Of a DNA stretch of 64,000 bases, positions 1 to 10,360 are shown piece by piece. Source of the DNA: Chloroflexota bacterium (GTDB taxonomy: Bacteria > Chloroflexota > Dehalococcoidia > Lucifugimonadales > Lucifugimonadaceae); contig PBHC01000009.1 in NCBI GenBank assembly GCA_002719295.1, forward strand, positions 1-64,000, in the 5' to 3' direction. Numbering within the stretch: position 1 is the first letter of the stretch; each line of letters begins with the position of its first letter. Below the pieces are notes generated by a model. The model was given only the letters and a program-made list of their open reading frames with translations. It ran no database searches and was not told where the DNA came from. The translations under genes were made by a program, and so were the position numbers.

Positions 1-72
1 ACCCCGTATAGGACTCGAACCTATGACCTTATCCTTAAAAGGGATCTGCTCTACCAACTGAGCTAACGGGGC
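1..72 (-). tRNA. tRNA-Lys(UUU); 3' discriminator/CCA lies beyond the window edge
   Basis: The reverse complement GCCCCGT-TAGCTCAGTTGGTAGAGC-A-GATCC-CT-TTT-AA-GGATA-AGGTC-ATAGG-TTCGAGT-CCTAT-ACGGGGT folds as a cloverleaf with anticodon TTT. Confidence 0.95.
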
Positions 73-165
73 AAATTAAGATTAGCAATTCTAATTTTAA
101 CATTTTACCAATTAATGCCAAGCATATGATTGCATACTTTTAAATAATAATTAGCATTATTTATT

Positions 166-843
166 ATGACAGATAAAATAACACTTAGCCCTTCTAACTT
201 AACTTTTCTGTGGCATTCTTGTAAAAGATGCTTTTACAATCATCATGTTTATAAGAATAGGAGGCCAATGACAATGCCTTTGGTTGGTAAAATGGCGTCT
301 CTATCAGAAGATTGGTTTATTGAAAAAGAAACAAATGAAATTGATCCAGATTTATCTCCAGGAAAAATTGTCTCATCTCAAAAGTCTCTTAAAGCAGAAA
401 TAGAATCAAATGAAAATTTGTCTAGAAAATATACTATTTCAGGTAAAATTGATCTTCTTATAGAGTTTGAAGATGGGACTTTTGGTATTTTTGATTGTAA
501 AAACACTTCGGGTGATTCTGACAAAAGTTGGATGTACCATACTCAATTAGCAGCATATAAATACTGTTTTGAAAAAATGGGATTAGGTGAAGTTTCTCAG
601 ATAGGATTAATCTATCAAATTATTGAAGGTTTTTATAAGTCTGATGATGGAAATTCTAATTTTACTACTGAACAAAAATTTGTAAATGTAACTCCAAAAA
701 TGGATCAATTCGAAAAATTACTATCTTCAGTTATCCAATGTTTAGAATCGGAAGTTACTCCAAATTCTAGTCCTAATTGTTCTTTCTGTAAATTTGCAGA
801 GAAATATAATGAGAATCTTAATTTATATTCTGAAGATTTCTGA
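166..843 (+). CDS. PD-(D/E)XK nuclease family protein (RecB/Cas4-like, solo)
   Basis: LSPS N-terminus, CKRC, GKIDLL, IFDCKN, QLAAY and C-terminal CSFC motifs. Confidence 0.8.
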   Translation: MTDKITLSPSNLTFLWHSCKRCFYNHHVYKNRRPMTMPLVGKMASLSEDWFIEKETNEIDPDLSPGKIVSSQKSLKAEIESNENLSRKYTISGKIDLLIEFEDGTFGIFDCKNTSGDSDKSWMYHTQLAAYKYCFEKMGLGEVSQIGLIYQIIEGFYKSDDGNSNFTTEQKFVNVTPKMDQFEKLLSSVIQCLESEVTPNSSPNCSFCKFAEKYNENLNLYSEDF

Positions 844-2053
844 CAGATTTCTTAAATATAAGAACATATAAAATAAATGCAATGCAGATTACAGGACCAA
901 GTCCTACACCTACTCTAATATTTATAAATTCTCCTACGCCCCCAACCCATAAACCTCCTAAAACTCCAAGGCTTATATGTATAGCTAAGATACCCATAAC
1001 TCTTCCTCTAATATTTTCAGGAACCAAACTTTGAATAACTGCGTAAGTTGAAAGCATATAAAATCCATTTGCAAAATGACCTATTATAGCTAAAGGGAAA
1101 ATTAGTAAGATTTGTGTCCCGGGGATTTTTTCTGGAATGATTCCTACTCCAACCATAGAAACTAAAATTATGAAGAAACTGAAAAATGATGCGGAAAATA
1201 ATATTTTTTTCCCGAGATTAGTATTTATGTTCACTTTCCCAGCAGTCAGTAATCCAGAAAGAGCTCCTAATCCTGCAGATGAGAACATAAACCCTAATTC
1301 TCTAGGAGTTCCATTAAATAAATCAATAAATGCTGGAAGTGCTTGTATATATCCAAAGATAAAGAAATTAGTAAGATACGTTAGAAGGATCATAATATAG
1401 AAAATTTCATTCTTAATTATGAAGTTAAAGCCCTCAAAAAAGAATTTTAAGTTGTTAGAATTCTCTTGATTACTTTTGGCATCAGGTAGAAAAAAAGTTG
1501 AACTGCACATTACTAAATAACCTATTGCGGATAACAAAATTCCAATAAAAGAACCGTAGTAAGATATTAGGAAGCCACCAATTGTTGGAACTACGACACT
1601 TGAACCTGCCATAGTGGCTCCATTTAGTGAAACTCCAGATCTAAGATATTTTTCAGGAATGATTTTTGGAAAGTAAGAGTTTCTTGCAGGAAAATCAATC
1701 CCTAAAAGTATTCCTAATGCAATAGAACAAATATAAACATGTACAGGTTCAACTCTATTTGTATAATCAAGAAAACTTAATAATACAAGTATTATAGAAA
1801 TTGAAAATGACAGCAAAGTTAATATTCTTCTGACATTATATTTATCAGAAATTATTCCGCCTAAAAAATTAAAAAACATTATGGGAATTGCAGTGGCTGC
1901 TGCAACTATCCCAAGACTAAGAGCAGAACCTGTAAGGCGATAAATCAATAAAGATATTGCAACTATTATTAATCTATGTCCAAACATAGCAAATAAAGAG
2001 CCAAACCAATAAGTTCTAAAGTCCTTAATTACTAAGGCTGAAAAAGGATTCAT
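818..2053 (-). CDS. MFS transporter (DHA3/macrolide-efflux-like)
   Basis: About 12 hydrophobic segments; GGIISDKYNVRR motif A; VPENIRGRVMG. Confidence 0.85.
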   Translation of the reverse strand: MNPFSALVIKDFRTYWFGSLFAMFGHRLIIVAISLLIYRLTGSALSLGIVAAATAIPIMFFNFLGGIISDKYNVRRILTLLSFSISIILVLLSFLDYTNRVEPVHVYICSIALGILLGIDFPARNSYFPKIIPEKYLRSGVSLNGATMAGSSVVVPTIGGFLISYYGSFIGILLSAIGYLVMCSSTFFLPDAKSNQENSNNLKFFFEGFNFIIKNEIFYIMILLTYLTNFFIFGYIQALPAFIDLFNGTPRELGFMFSSAGLGALSGLLTAGKVNINTNLGKKILFSASFFSFFIILVSMVGVGIIPEKIPGTQILLIFPLAIIGHFANGFYMLSTYAVIQSLVPENIRGRVMGILAIHISLGVLGGLWVGGVGEFINIRVGVGLGPVICIAFILYVLIFKKSVRNLQNIN

Positions 2054-2062
2054 ATATTTTTT

Positions 2063-3715
2063 TTAAACTTTGTATCCTCTTTTTGAAACAGGTGTAGTTC
2101 TTACGTCTATTAAAACTGTTTTTCCAGAAATGTTTAATCCTTTTGCAGTTTCTAGTGCTGGAGCTAATTCAGATAATTTATTTACTTGAATACCATGTGC
2201 CCCAAATGATCTAGCGAAATCAGCATAATTTCCTGTCATAGTTCCTACTCCAGATTTTTCTCTAGCAGTTGGAAAATCTGAAGGTCCTCCTACTGGATAT
2301 GTAGCCATCACACCGTTATTAAGTACTAGAGTTGTTATTCCAATTTTGTTTCGGGTAGCTGTTTCAAAATCCATACCTGACATACCAAAAGCTCCATCCC
2401 CCATTACGTTTATACAAAATTTATCTGGATGAGCCATTTTAGCTCCAATGATCAATGGAAGTCCAAATCCAAGATGAGTTGTTTTTCCCCATCCTATATA
2501 ACTACGTGGAGTAGTTGCTTTTATAAATCCAACCATCTGTTCTCTCGGAGCACCAGCGTCATGAGTAATAATACTATTTTCAAGATCTAAGACATTATTC
2601 ATTTCTTGAACAATTCTGTAAGGACTTAACGGCTCTTCATCGCTATTAAAAAAAGGCTCGAATTCTTCTTCAAATTCTTTTTTATATCTAGCAATTTCAT
2701 TCCTAATATTTGAGTCATCCATTCTTGATGTTCCATATAGTTCTTTTAGGTCTTCTATAAGTAAATTGATTGTTTCTTTTGCATCTCCAATTAATGCAAT
2801 TTCAACAGACTGATCTTTATTAATATCATCAGGATTATCAACATTTTGAATGATTCTTTTTCCTGGTGGAATAGCTTGTGCATACGGAGTTGCGGTTAAA
2901 CTAGTTCCAAGAGCTAAAATCGTATCTGAACTTTCTAAAAATTCCTTTGCTGCTAAAGTTGTTGTTTGAGAACCAGCACCTATAGATAAATCATGTCTTT
3001 CATCAAAAGCAGATTTCCCTGGCATACTTGTATAAACAGGAACAGAAAGAAGTTCAGCTAGTTCTTTCAATTCATTAGTAGCCTCAGCCATTAAAACACC
3101 TTGCCCAGCCCAAATCATTAAGTTCTTTGAATCATGAATTAAGTTTGCAGCATCCTGTATAGCTTCTACTGAAGGTCTGTATGTATATCTTTTAGGTGAA
3201 TGATATGAGTTTGCAATTCCTTCAGGAACTTCATTCCCACAAACATCCTTAGTCATTTCTACAACTACAGGACCTGGCTTCCCATTTCTCAAATGATGAA
3301 AAGCTCTTCTCATAATAGTTGGAATATCCTCAACCTTTAAAATTGATTCAGCATATTTTGACATAGGCTCATAAATTTTACTTGCCCAAAAGTTTGGTTT
3401 TGTTTGAATACTACTTATTGGATATCCTGCAGGCATTATAAGAACGGGAATATTATCCGCATAAGCTTGCATTAATGCTCCCATAGAGTTTTCTGCTCCT
3501 GCAGCATCTTGCATAACAAAAACACCAAATTTTTTCCTGTCATTTGTTCTTGAATAGCCATCAGCAGCCATTAGGCCTCCTCTTTCATGCCTAAACGCCA
3601 CTATTCTAATATCTTCTTTTGCTGCAGCTTCAATAAGAGGATTACTAGGGTAACAAGCGATCCATTCTACACCTTCAGCTTTAAGAGTTTTTGCAATTAG
3701 CTCGAATCCATTCAT
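2063..3715 (-). CDS. ThDP-dependent enzyme, acetolactate synthase large-subunit-like
   Basis: FRHERGG, PGPVVVE and the ThDP motif GDGAFGM...LNN. Confidence 0.85.
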   Translation of the reverse strand: MNGFELIAKTLKAEGVEWIACYPSNPLIEAAAKEDIRIVAFRHERGGLMAADGYSRTNDRKKFGVFVMQDAAGAENSMGALMQAYADNIPVLIMPAGYPISSIQTKPNFWASKIYEPMSKYAESILKVEDIPTIMRRAFHHLRNGKPGPVVVEMTKDVCGNEVPEGIANSYHSPKRYTYRPSVEAIQDAANLIHDSKNLMIWAGQGVLMAEATNELKELAELLSVPVYTSMPGKSAFDERHDLSIGAGSQTTTLAAKEFLESSDTILALGTSLTATPYAQAIPPGKRIIQNVDNPDDINKDQSVEIALIGDAKETINLLIEDLKELYGTSRMDDSNIRNEIARYKKEFEEEFEPFFNSDEEPLSPYRIVQEMNNVLDLENSIITHDAGAPREQMVGFIKATTPRSYIGWGKTTHLGFGLPLIIGAKMAHPDKFCINVMGDGAFGMSGMDFETATRNKIGITTLVLNNGVMATYPVGGPSDFPTAREKSGVGTMTGNYADFARSFGAHGIQVNKLSELAPALETAKGLNISGKTVLIDVRTTPVSKRGYKV

Positions 3716-3764
3716 TTTTTACTCCAAGTTTTGATTTTATTTTCTATAGTTATTTTTATCATCA

Positions 3765-5414
3765 TCATAAGTTTCCATCAATCATTAATTCAATTAGTCT
3801 AGGCTTTTTTGAATTAATTGCTTTAGTAACTTCTTTATTGATATCATTTGGATCAGTTATCCTTACAGCATCAACTCCCATAGATTTTGCTATTTCAGTA
3901 TGGTTAAGAACCATTGGGAAATCCATATATGGATAGTCTCCAGATGTTTCTACTTCTTCTCTGATTTTTTTTCTGTAGTAATCAATATTTACTTTTAAAA
4001 TTCTATAAGATTGGTTATTTAATATTATGAAAACACAAGGGATATTATCATTTGCTGCTGTCCAGTATCCTTGAACAGTCATCATCGCAGAACCATCTCC
4101 TATAATTCCTATTACTTTTTTATCTGGAGATGCACATTGAGCTCCTAATGTCGCCCCAACTCCCCATCCAATTGATCCTCCTCTACCTGAAACCATTTGA
4201 TCAGAGGAATCAAATTTTATGTATTGCATTAGAGCTCCTCTATGACTAATAGCATCATTTACTATAAGAGCATCTTTGGGTATAGAATTTGATAGCTCAA
4301 ACATTGCTCGTTCAGGGGACATAAGATCATTATTCCAATTTTTTTCTGCAGACTTTTTTGTTGTTAGGTCATTTTCATTTTTAATCTTTGTGATTTCTTC
4401 TATTCTTTTATCAACATTTTCTATATTTGAAAAATTTATAGTAGCTAATATTTGCTTTAGTATAACTTTAAGATTTCCTAATCCAGTTAATTTTGAAGGC
4501 TGTCTATTACCTTGAGTGGTTGGTTTTGAATCTAGATGTATCAACTCGGTATTTTTTGAAATTAAAACATCTCCTTCATAGAACCAATCAGAAAAAAGAT
4601 CAGCTCCAGCTGAAATAATTAAATCAGAATCATTTAGTAAAGACCTTTGTTGATCACTTCTAATAGAATGATATCCAACCATTTGAGGGTGGTCAGTTGG
4701 GAAAGGAATATTTGACCCTTCTATAAAAACCATCATTCCTAATTTTTCTGCAAGTTCTACAGCTTCATCTAATGCGTAATCTTCAGCAATTCGATCTCCT
4801 ACTACAAGAACGGGATAAGAAGATTTTTCAATAGAATTACTAATTTCACTAATAACTTCATTATCTAGGCCACCGTAAACGGGTATTGAAGAAGGATATA
4901 TTTCCATATCCGCTTCTCCATCAAGAGCATTTGAAGAAAATCCAACAAATACCGGACCTTTTGGATGAGTATTTGCTTCAGTAAACGCTTTTCTCATTAC
5001 TGCTGGAACTTGATCAGGTAAAACAACTTGAGTACTCCATTTTGTGAATGGTTTAGCTAGTTCCACCAAATCTCTATTTCTTAGATTTCTTACATCATAA
5101 GTTGCAGAAGTTACCACCATAGGAGTTCCTGTAGTATATGCATCATTCATAAGACTGAATCCATTTACTAATCCTGAGTCGATATGAAGACTAAGAAATG
5201 ATGCTTTATTATTTACTCTAGCGTCAGCTTCAGCCATTCCAGTTGCAACTCCTTCTTGAAGTGTTAGTAAATATCTTAGTTCTTTATGCCTAACAATCTC
5301 TTCCATAATAGGACCTTCACTTGTACCTGGATTTCCGTATACGTTAGTAATTCCTTCAGCTTTGATAGATTCCATTAATGCTTTTTTACCTGTCATTTTC
5401 ATAGTTTTCACCAA
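3765..5414 (-). CDS. ThDP-dependent enzyme, benzoylformate decarboxylase-like (start may be a few codons downstream)
   Basis: GNPGTSE, LQEGVATGMA, GGSIGWG, GDGSAMM...LNN. Confidence 0.85.
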   Translation of the reverse strand: MVKTMKMTGKKALMESIKAEGITNVYGNPGTSEGPIMEEIVRHKELRYLLTLQEGVATGMAEADARVNNKASFLSLHIDSGLVNGFSLMNDAYTTGTPMVVTSATYDVRNLRNRDLVELAKPFTKWSTQVVLPDQVPAVMRKAFTEANTHPKGPVFVGFSSNALDGEADMEIYPSSIPVYGGLDNEVISEISNSIEKSSYPVLVVGDRIAEDYALDEAVELAEKLGMMVFIEGSNIPFPTDHPQMVGYHSIRSDQQRSLLNDSDLIISAGADLFSDWFYEGDVLISKNTELIHLDSKPTTQGNRQPSKLTGLGNLKVILKQILATINFSNIENVDKRIEEITKIKNENDLTTKKSAEKNWNNDLMSPERAMFELSNSIPKDALIVNDAISHRGALMQYIKFDSSDQMVSGRGGSIGWGVGATLGAQCASPDKKVIGIIGDGSAMMTVQGYWTAANDNIPCVFIILNNQSYRILKVNIDYYRKKIREEVETSGDYPYMDFPMVLNHTEIAKSMGVDAVRITDPNDINKEVTKAINSKKPRLIELMIDGNL

Positions 5415-5532
5415 TTTCGAGATTAAATATTGTTAAATTGATTCTTAGTTTACATATATCTATTCCATAGTCCATAAATATTGAGTATATATAATGCTAT
5501 ATTGATTTAAATAATTGATTTTAGGAGGGAAT

Positions 5533-6660
5533 ATGAAAATTACAGATATAAAAATAAATTTAATTGAGGGAGCCAACACAAAAGATGCTCAGCAATTTGT
5601 TGGAGGGAACTCTAAAGTTATTTTAAGAATAGATACTGATGAAGGTATATATGGATTATCTGAAGGTGGAAGAAATTATAACCTTTATAAAGCATATTTA
5701 GATGAAGTAATAAAACCTCTTCTTATAGGAATTGATCCTAGAGACCCTAAGATTATTTGGGAAATGCTTACTCATGGAACAGGAGAAGGTTTAGCAACTA
5801 AAGTACTGCCTCAAGTAGTTGGCACAATTGATGTAGCACTTTGGGATTTAGCAGGAAAAGCTGCGGGCTTACCTGTTTATCAACTTCTTGGAGGTGCAGC
5901 TAGAACCGAAATCCCTTTATATTGGAGTAGAGGAAGTGGTTGGAGAAAAACTCCTGAAGAAATGCTAGAGGATGTAAAACTGGGATACGAAAAAGGCTAT
6001 AAAGCATTTAAAATAAGAATGGATTGGAGATCATTTAGACAGGACTCAAATCCAAAAAAAGATTTTAGTTTATTTAAGAAATGTAGAGAATTTCTTCCTG
6101 ATGACATAGATTTAAGTTTTGATGCAAATTGTGGATATTCTGTCCCTACTGCTATAGAACAAGGTAAAAGATTTCAAGATTTAGGTATAGCTCACTTTGA
6201 AGAACCTCTTCCTGAATATGACTACCAAGGTCTAAGACAAGTTGTAGATGCTCTTGAATGTTCAGTTTCCACAGGAGAGCAAGAACCTAATCCTTATAGA
6301 TTTAGAGATTTAATGGATATAGGTAATCCTGATATTGTTCAACCAGACATATTGAATATTGGTGGTATAACTGGATTAGTAAAAGTTTATGAAATGGCTG
6401 TTGCAAGAAATAAAATAATTATGCCTCATTGTCCCCAGGCTGGTTTAAATTTAATTGGAAGTCTTCATGCCTACTCAACAGTAACTAATGCTGTTAGACC
6501 TCATGAATTTTCTGAAGAATTTACAGGACCTGTGGAAAATGTTGCTAAACTATTCAAAGAACCTATTGTTCCAGAAAATGGAAAGATAGTATTATCTGAT
6601 AAGCCTGGCTTAGGTTTAGAATATGATGACAATGAATTAAATAAAGTAATAAAAATATAG
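5533..6660 (+). CDS. Mandelate racemase/muconate lactonizing enzyme family (acid-sugar dehydratase-like)
   Basis: IDVALWDLAGK, KIR, DAN, EEP, GEQE, PGLG motifs; AGGAGG Shine-Dalgarno before ATG 5533. Confidence 0.9.
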   Translation: MKITDIKINLIEGANTKDAQQFVGGNSKVILRIDTDEGIYGLSEGGRNYNLYKAYLDEVIKPLLIGIDPRDPKIIWEMLTHGTGEGLATKVLPQVVGTIDVALWDLAGKAAGLPVYQLLGGAARTEIPLYWSRGSGWRKTPEEMLEDVKLGYEKGYKAFKIRMDWRSFRQDSNPKKDFSLFKKCREFLPDDIDLSFDANCGYSVPTAIEQGKRFQDLGIAHFEEPLPEYDYQGLRQVVDALECSVSTGEQEPNPYRFRDLMDIGNPDIVQPDILNIGGITGLVKVYEMAVARNKIIMPHCPQAGLNLIGSLHAYSTVTNAVRPHEFSEEFTGPVENVAKLFKEPIVPENGKIVLSDKPGLGLEYDDNELNKVIKI

Positions 6661-6669
6661 GAGTTTATA

Positions 6670-7425
6670 ATGAAAGATCTAAAAAAAATGATAAATAGCG
6701 GAGAGCAAGTTATTGGTGGCGCAATAATGTATGGCGCTGGAAAAGAAGATATAGAAAAACTATTGGATTACTATGACTATGACTTTATATCGGTTGATGG
6801 TCAACATTCTCCAACAAATGAAGATTATTTACTAAGAATTTGTGAAGCTGCACAAGAATTAGACAAACCTATTCACTATAGAATGGATCACAGAAGAAAT
6901 GCATATATGATAGGTAACCTTTTAGATCATGGCCCTACTATAATTGAGGTTCCTCAATCAGAAGAAGTAGATTTAGTAAGAGAAGCAAGAGATTATTTTT
7001 ACTATAGACCTGAGGGAATTAGAAGTTGGGGAGGTCCAGGGAGACCGCCTGAAGGTTTGAAGGAAGTAAATCAACATTCATATCCAGCTTGGTGGAATAA
7101 AACTGGAGTATTAATGATTCAAATTGAAACTCTAAACGCAATAAATAATATTCCAAATTTTTCCTTAGAAGGAGTAGATTGTTTTTCATGGGGGCCTGCA
7201 GATTTGAGTATTGATAGAGCCGCCCATCCAGAACATCCTTTTGCTAAAACTGATGACACAGCAATTGAACATGCAGTTAAACTTTCTAAAGAAAATGGAA
7301 AACAACTTTGTATTAGATCTTATGATAAAACATTGAGAAATCGATATTTTGATATGGGAGCTACTATCTTAATGGAAGTTCAATCTTTAGATGGACAACT
7401 TGATAAGAATCTTCCATTTGGGTAA
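6670..7425 (+). CDS. HpcH/HpaI aldolase family protein
   Basis: VDGQHSP, PEGIRSWG, MIQIET, GPADLS. Confidence 0.85.
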   Translation: MKDLKKMINSGEQVIGGAIMYGAGKEDIEKLLDYYDYDFISVDGQHSPTNEDYLLRICEAAQELDKPIHYRMDHRRNAYMIGNLLDHGPTIIEVPQSEEVDLVREARDYFYYRPEGIRSWGGPGRPPEGLKEVNQHSYPAWWNKTGVLMIQIETLNAINNIPNFSLEGVDCFSWGPADLSIDRAAHPEHPFAKTDDTAIEHAVKLSKENGKQLCIRSYDKTLRNRYFDMGATILMEVQSLDGQLDKNLPFG

Positions 7426-8663
7426 TGAAAAAACCTAAAAAGATTTTTTTTGGTTGGTGGATAGTTATAAGTGCTGCTCTACAAAATGGACTTGGGGGCA
7501 GCATTCATTGGCAAGGTTTTACAGTTTTATTTATTCCTATTTCACAAACTTTTGGGATTTCATCAGCTCAAACTTCATTACTTTTTGCACTAGCCCGTGC
7601 AGAAAATGGATTAATGGGTCCATTTACAGGATGGCTAATGGACAAATTTGGGCCTAGACCTCTAGCAATTGGAGGCACTGCAATGGCTGGCATAGGCTAT
7701 ATCTTACTTGCAAGAGTGGATAACTATACTCAATTTTTACTTGTCTATGTTGTGATCATTTCCATTGGAGCAACTACAAGTTTTATGCAGACAGCATTTG
7801 TTGCATTAAACAATTGGTTTATAAAGAAAAGGGGACTAGTAATGAGTATTAACTCTGCTTCTTTTAGACTAGGCTCAGCAATATTAGTTCCTACATTTTC
7901 ATATGTTGTTTATGCTTGGGGCTGGCAAAATGCAGTTTTATATTTAGGAATATTTTTACTAGTTTTTATTACCCCATTAGGAATTTTATACAGAAGAACT
8001 CCTGAATCAATGGGTTTAAAACCTGACGGGGATTTGGAAGAAATAACTCAAGATGGAACTTTAAGTTATGATTCCTCTGGATACACCTGGAAAGAAGCTA
8101 TAAAAACTTCTGCTTTTTGGTTTTTAACAATTGCAACTGCTTTACGTTTATCCATACATGGTGCAATTTTTGTTCATATGATACCTATTCTAGTATGGAA
8201 AGGTGTTTCAGCTGAGGCAGCAGCTTGGTATGTAGGATTTTTAGCTCTTACTGGAGTTCCTGTTATTTTGTTAATGGGAAAATTAAGCGATATGTTTGGG
8301 AGACCTAAAATGCTCGCTTTGTGTTATTCAGCATCAGCCTTATCCTTATTTTTAGTAAATTTATCTAATAGCTCAATTTATCTTTTACTTTCACTATTAT
8401 TATTAGTCGGGTCTGAAGCAGGTTCAGGGCTTAATTGGTCTTTAGTAGGAGATTTATTTGGAAGAAAAAACTATGGAGTTATAAGAGGGTTATTAGGACC
8501 ATTTTATAATGCTGCTTTAGTAGTAACTCCTGTTTCAGCTGGTTATATATATGATGTTACAAAATCATATGAGATAGTTTTATATGTAGGTTCACTTGTA
8601 TTTGTTATTTCTTCTTTTACGTTCTTATATGTAGGAGTTCTAGGTAAAAAACTTAAAACATAA
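7425..8663 (+). CDS. MFS transporter (monocarboxylate/OFA-like)
   Basis: FFGWWIV start, GWLMDKFGPR, WFIKKRG, GKLSDMFGR; about 12 TM segments. Confidence 0.88.
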   Translation: MKKPKKIFFGWWIVISAALQNGLGGSIHWQGFTVLFIPISQTFGISSAQTSLLFALARAENGLMGPFTGWLMDKFGPRPLAIGGTAMAGIGYILLARVDNYTQFLLVYVVIISIGATTSFMQTAFVALNNWFIKKRGLVMSINSASFRLGSAILVPTFSYVVYAWGWQNAVLYLGIFLLVFITPLGILYRRTPESMGLKPDGDLEEITQDGTLSYDSSGYTWKEAIKTSAFWFLTIATALRLSIHGAIFVHMIPILVWKGVSAEAAAWYVGFLALTGVPVILLMGKLSDMFGRPKMLALCYSASALSLFLVNLSNSSIYLLLSLLLLVGSEAGSGLNWSLVGDLFGRKNYGVIRGLLGPFYNAALVVTPVSAGYIYDVTKSYEIVLYVGSLVFVISSFTFLYVGVLGKKLKT

Positions 8664-8746
8664 TAAATTTTGTATCATTTTAATGTCTCATTAGTTGGAT
8701 TTATAAATTATAATAATATTTTAGAAATTGATAAGAAAGAAAAAAA

Positions 8747-8956
8747 TTGACTGCTTTACCTAAAAAGAAACATACTAGAGCTCGAAGAGGAAACAAGAGA
8801 TCTCATAAGGGTTTATCTAAAATAAATGGTTTTGCCTGTTCTGAATGCGGAGAGCCAAGATTACCTCATGCAGTGTGTAAAAGCTGTGGAGAATATAATG
8901 GTAGAAACTATAACTCCAAAGAGGAAGAGTCAGTTGAAGAGGCCACTCAATCTTAG
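8747..8956 (+). CDS. rpmF: 50S ribosomal protein L32 (Zn-ribbon form)
   Basis: ALPKKKHTRARRGNKRSH, CSECG...PHAVCKSCGEYNGR. Confidence 0.95.
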   Translation: MTALPKKKHTRARRGNKRSHKGLSKINGFACSECGEPRLPHAVCKSCGEYNGRNYNSKEEESVEEATQS

Positions 8957-10350
8957 TCTAGCTCTCTAACTTCTTTTACCATTCCTTCAATAGAATCTTT
9001 AGCATCACCAAAAAGCATATTCGTTTTTTCTAGAAAAAATAGCTCGTTTTGCACACCAGAAAATCCAGAAGCCATTGATCTTTTCAGTACAATAACAGAT
9101 TTTGCTTTATCTACATTTAATATAGGCATGCCATATATTGGAGAACTTTTATCAGTTCGTGCATTAGGATTAGTAACGTCATTAGCTCCAACAACAACTG
9201 CTACGTCTGTCCTGTCAAATTCACTGTTTATCTCATCTAAATCTTTTAATTCATCGTAGGGTACATTTGCCTCAGCTAATAATACATTCATATGTCCAGG
9301 CATTCGTCCTGCCACTGGGTGAATAGCAAATTTTACTGAAACTCCTTTATCTTTTAATAAAGTTGAGAGTTCATTGATTTGATGTTGAGCTTGAGCTACA
9401 GCTAATCCATATCCTGGAACAAAAATCACACTCTCTGCATATCCTAAAATCATTGCGGCATCTTCAGATGTTAAAGAGGTTACAGGTCGAGTTTCTTCTT
9501 CTCCAGAGGAACTTGAACCTTCTTCTGAACCAAATCCTCCTAGCATTACATTCAAGAGAGATCTATTCATTGCTTTAGTCATTATTCGAGTAAGAATTAA
9601 TCCTGAAGCTCCAACCAGAGAACCTGAAATTATTAATACAGGATTTCCTAAAACAAATCCTGCTCCGGCACCAGCTATTCCAGAATAAGAGTTCAATAAT
9701 GCAACTACAACTGGCATATCAGCTCCACCAATAGGAATCACAATTAGGATTCCTAAAATCAGAGAAATTCCAACTAATATATATAAGTAATTAACATCTG
9801 AAAATTCTGGGATACATAATAAAATTCCTAATAATAAAACTGCAAATATTAATAGTACATTTATGAAATTTCTAAGTGGTAAAAGAATTGGCTTAGTTGT
9901 AAATATTTCTTGTAATTTACCGAAAGCTATGAATGATCCAGTAAACGTGACTGATCCAACAATTGTTGCAAAAGCAACAGATGCAAGTACAAATGTTGTT
10001 TGATCTACAGAGCTTTGAAAAACAACTTCATACATGGCTACAATTGCACTAGCAGCACCACCAAATGCATTAAAAACTGCTACCAATTGAGGCATGTCAG
10101 TCATTTGAACATATTTGGATAAAATCACACCTATAAATGAACCGATTATTAATCCTAAAATAATCCATTGGAAATTAGTATCTGTGTATTTTAAAACAGT
10201 AACTACTATTGCAATTAGCATTGCAATGGATGAAAGTCTATTTCCGTTTCTTGCTGTTGCAGGAGAGGCTAATCTTTTAATACCAAGTATGAACATGGAC
10301 GCAGATATAAGATAGAGAATATTTTCTATATTTGATGATATTTCTAACAA
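8953..10350 (-). CDS. pntB: NAD(P) transhydrogenase beta subunit
   Basis: MPQLVAVFN, IGGADMPVVV, VPGYGLAVAQAQH, IHPVAGRMPGHMNVLLAEA; TTG start at 10350 after AGGAG. Confidence 0.95.
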   Translation of the reverse strand: MLEISSNIENILYLISASMFILGIKRLASPATARNGNRLSSIAMLIAIVVTVLKYTDTNFQWIILGLIIGSFIGVILSKYVQMTDMPQLVAVFNAFGGAASAIVAMYEVVFQSSVDQTTFVLASVAFATIVGSVTFTGSFIAFGKLQEIFTTKPILLPLRNFINVLLIFAVLLLGILLCIPEFSDVNYLYILVGISLILGILIVIPIGGADMPVVVALLNSYSGIAGAGAGFVLGNPVLIISGSLVGASGLILTRIMTKAMNRSLLNVMLGGFGSEEGSSSSGEEETRPVTSLTSEDAAMILGYAESVIFVPGYGLAVAQAQHQINELSTLLKDKGVSVKFAIHPVAGRMPGHMNVLLAEANVPYDELKDLDEINSEFDRTDVAVVVGANDVTNPNARTDKSSPIYGMPILNVDKAKSVIVLKRSMASGFSGVQNELFFLEKTNMLFGDAKDSIEGMVKEVRELD

Positions 10351-10360
10351 AAAAATCTCC

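Noticed and set aside
166..843. CRISPR-Cas locus (cas4)
   Set aside because: No cas1/cas2 or repeat-spacer array was seen anywhere in the window
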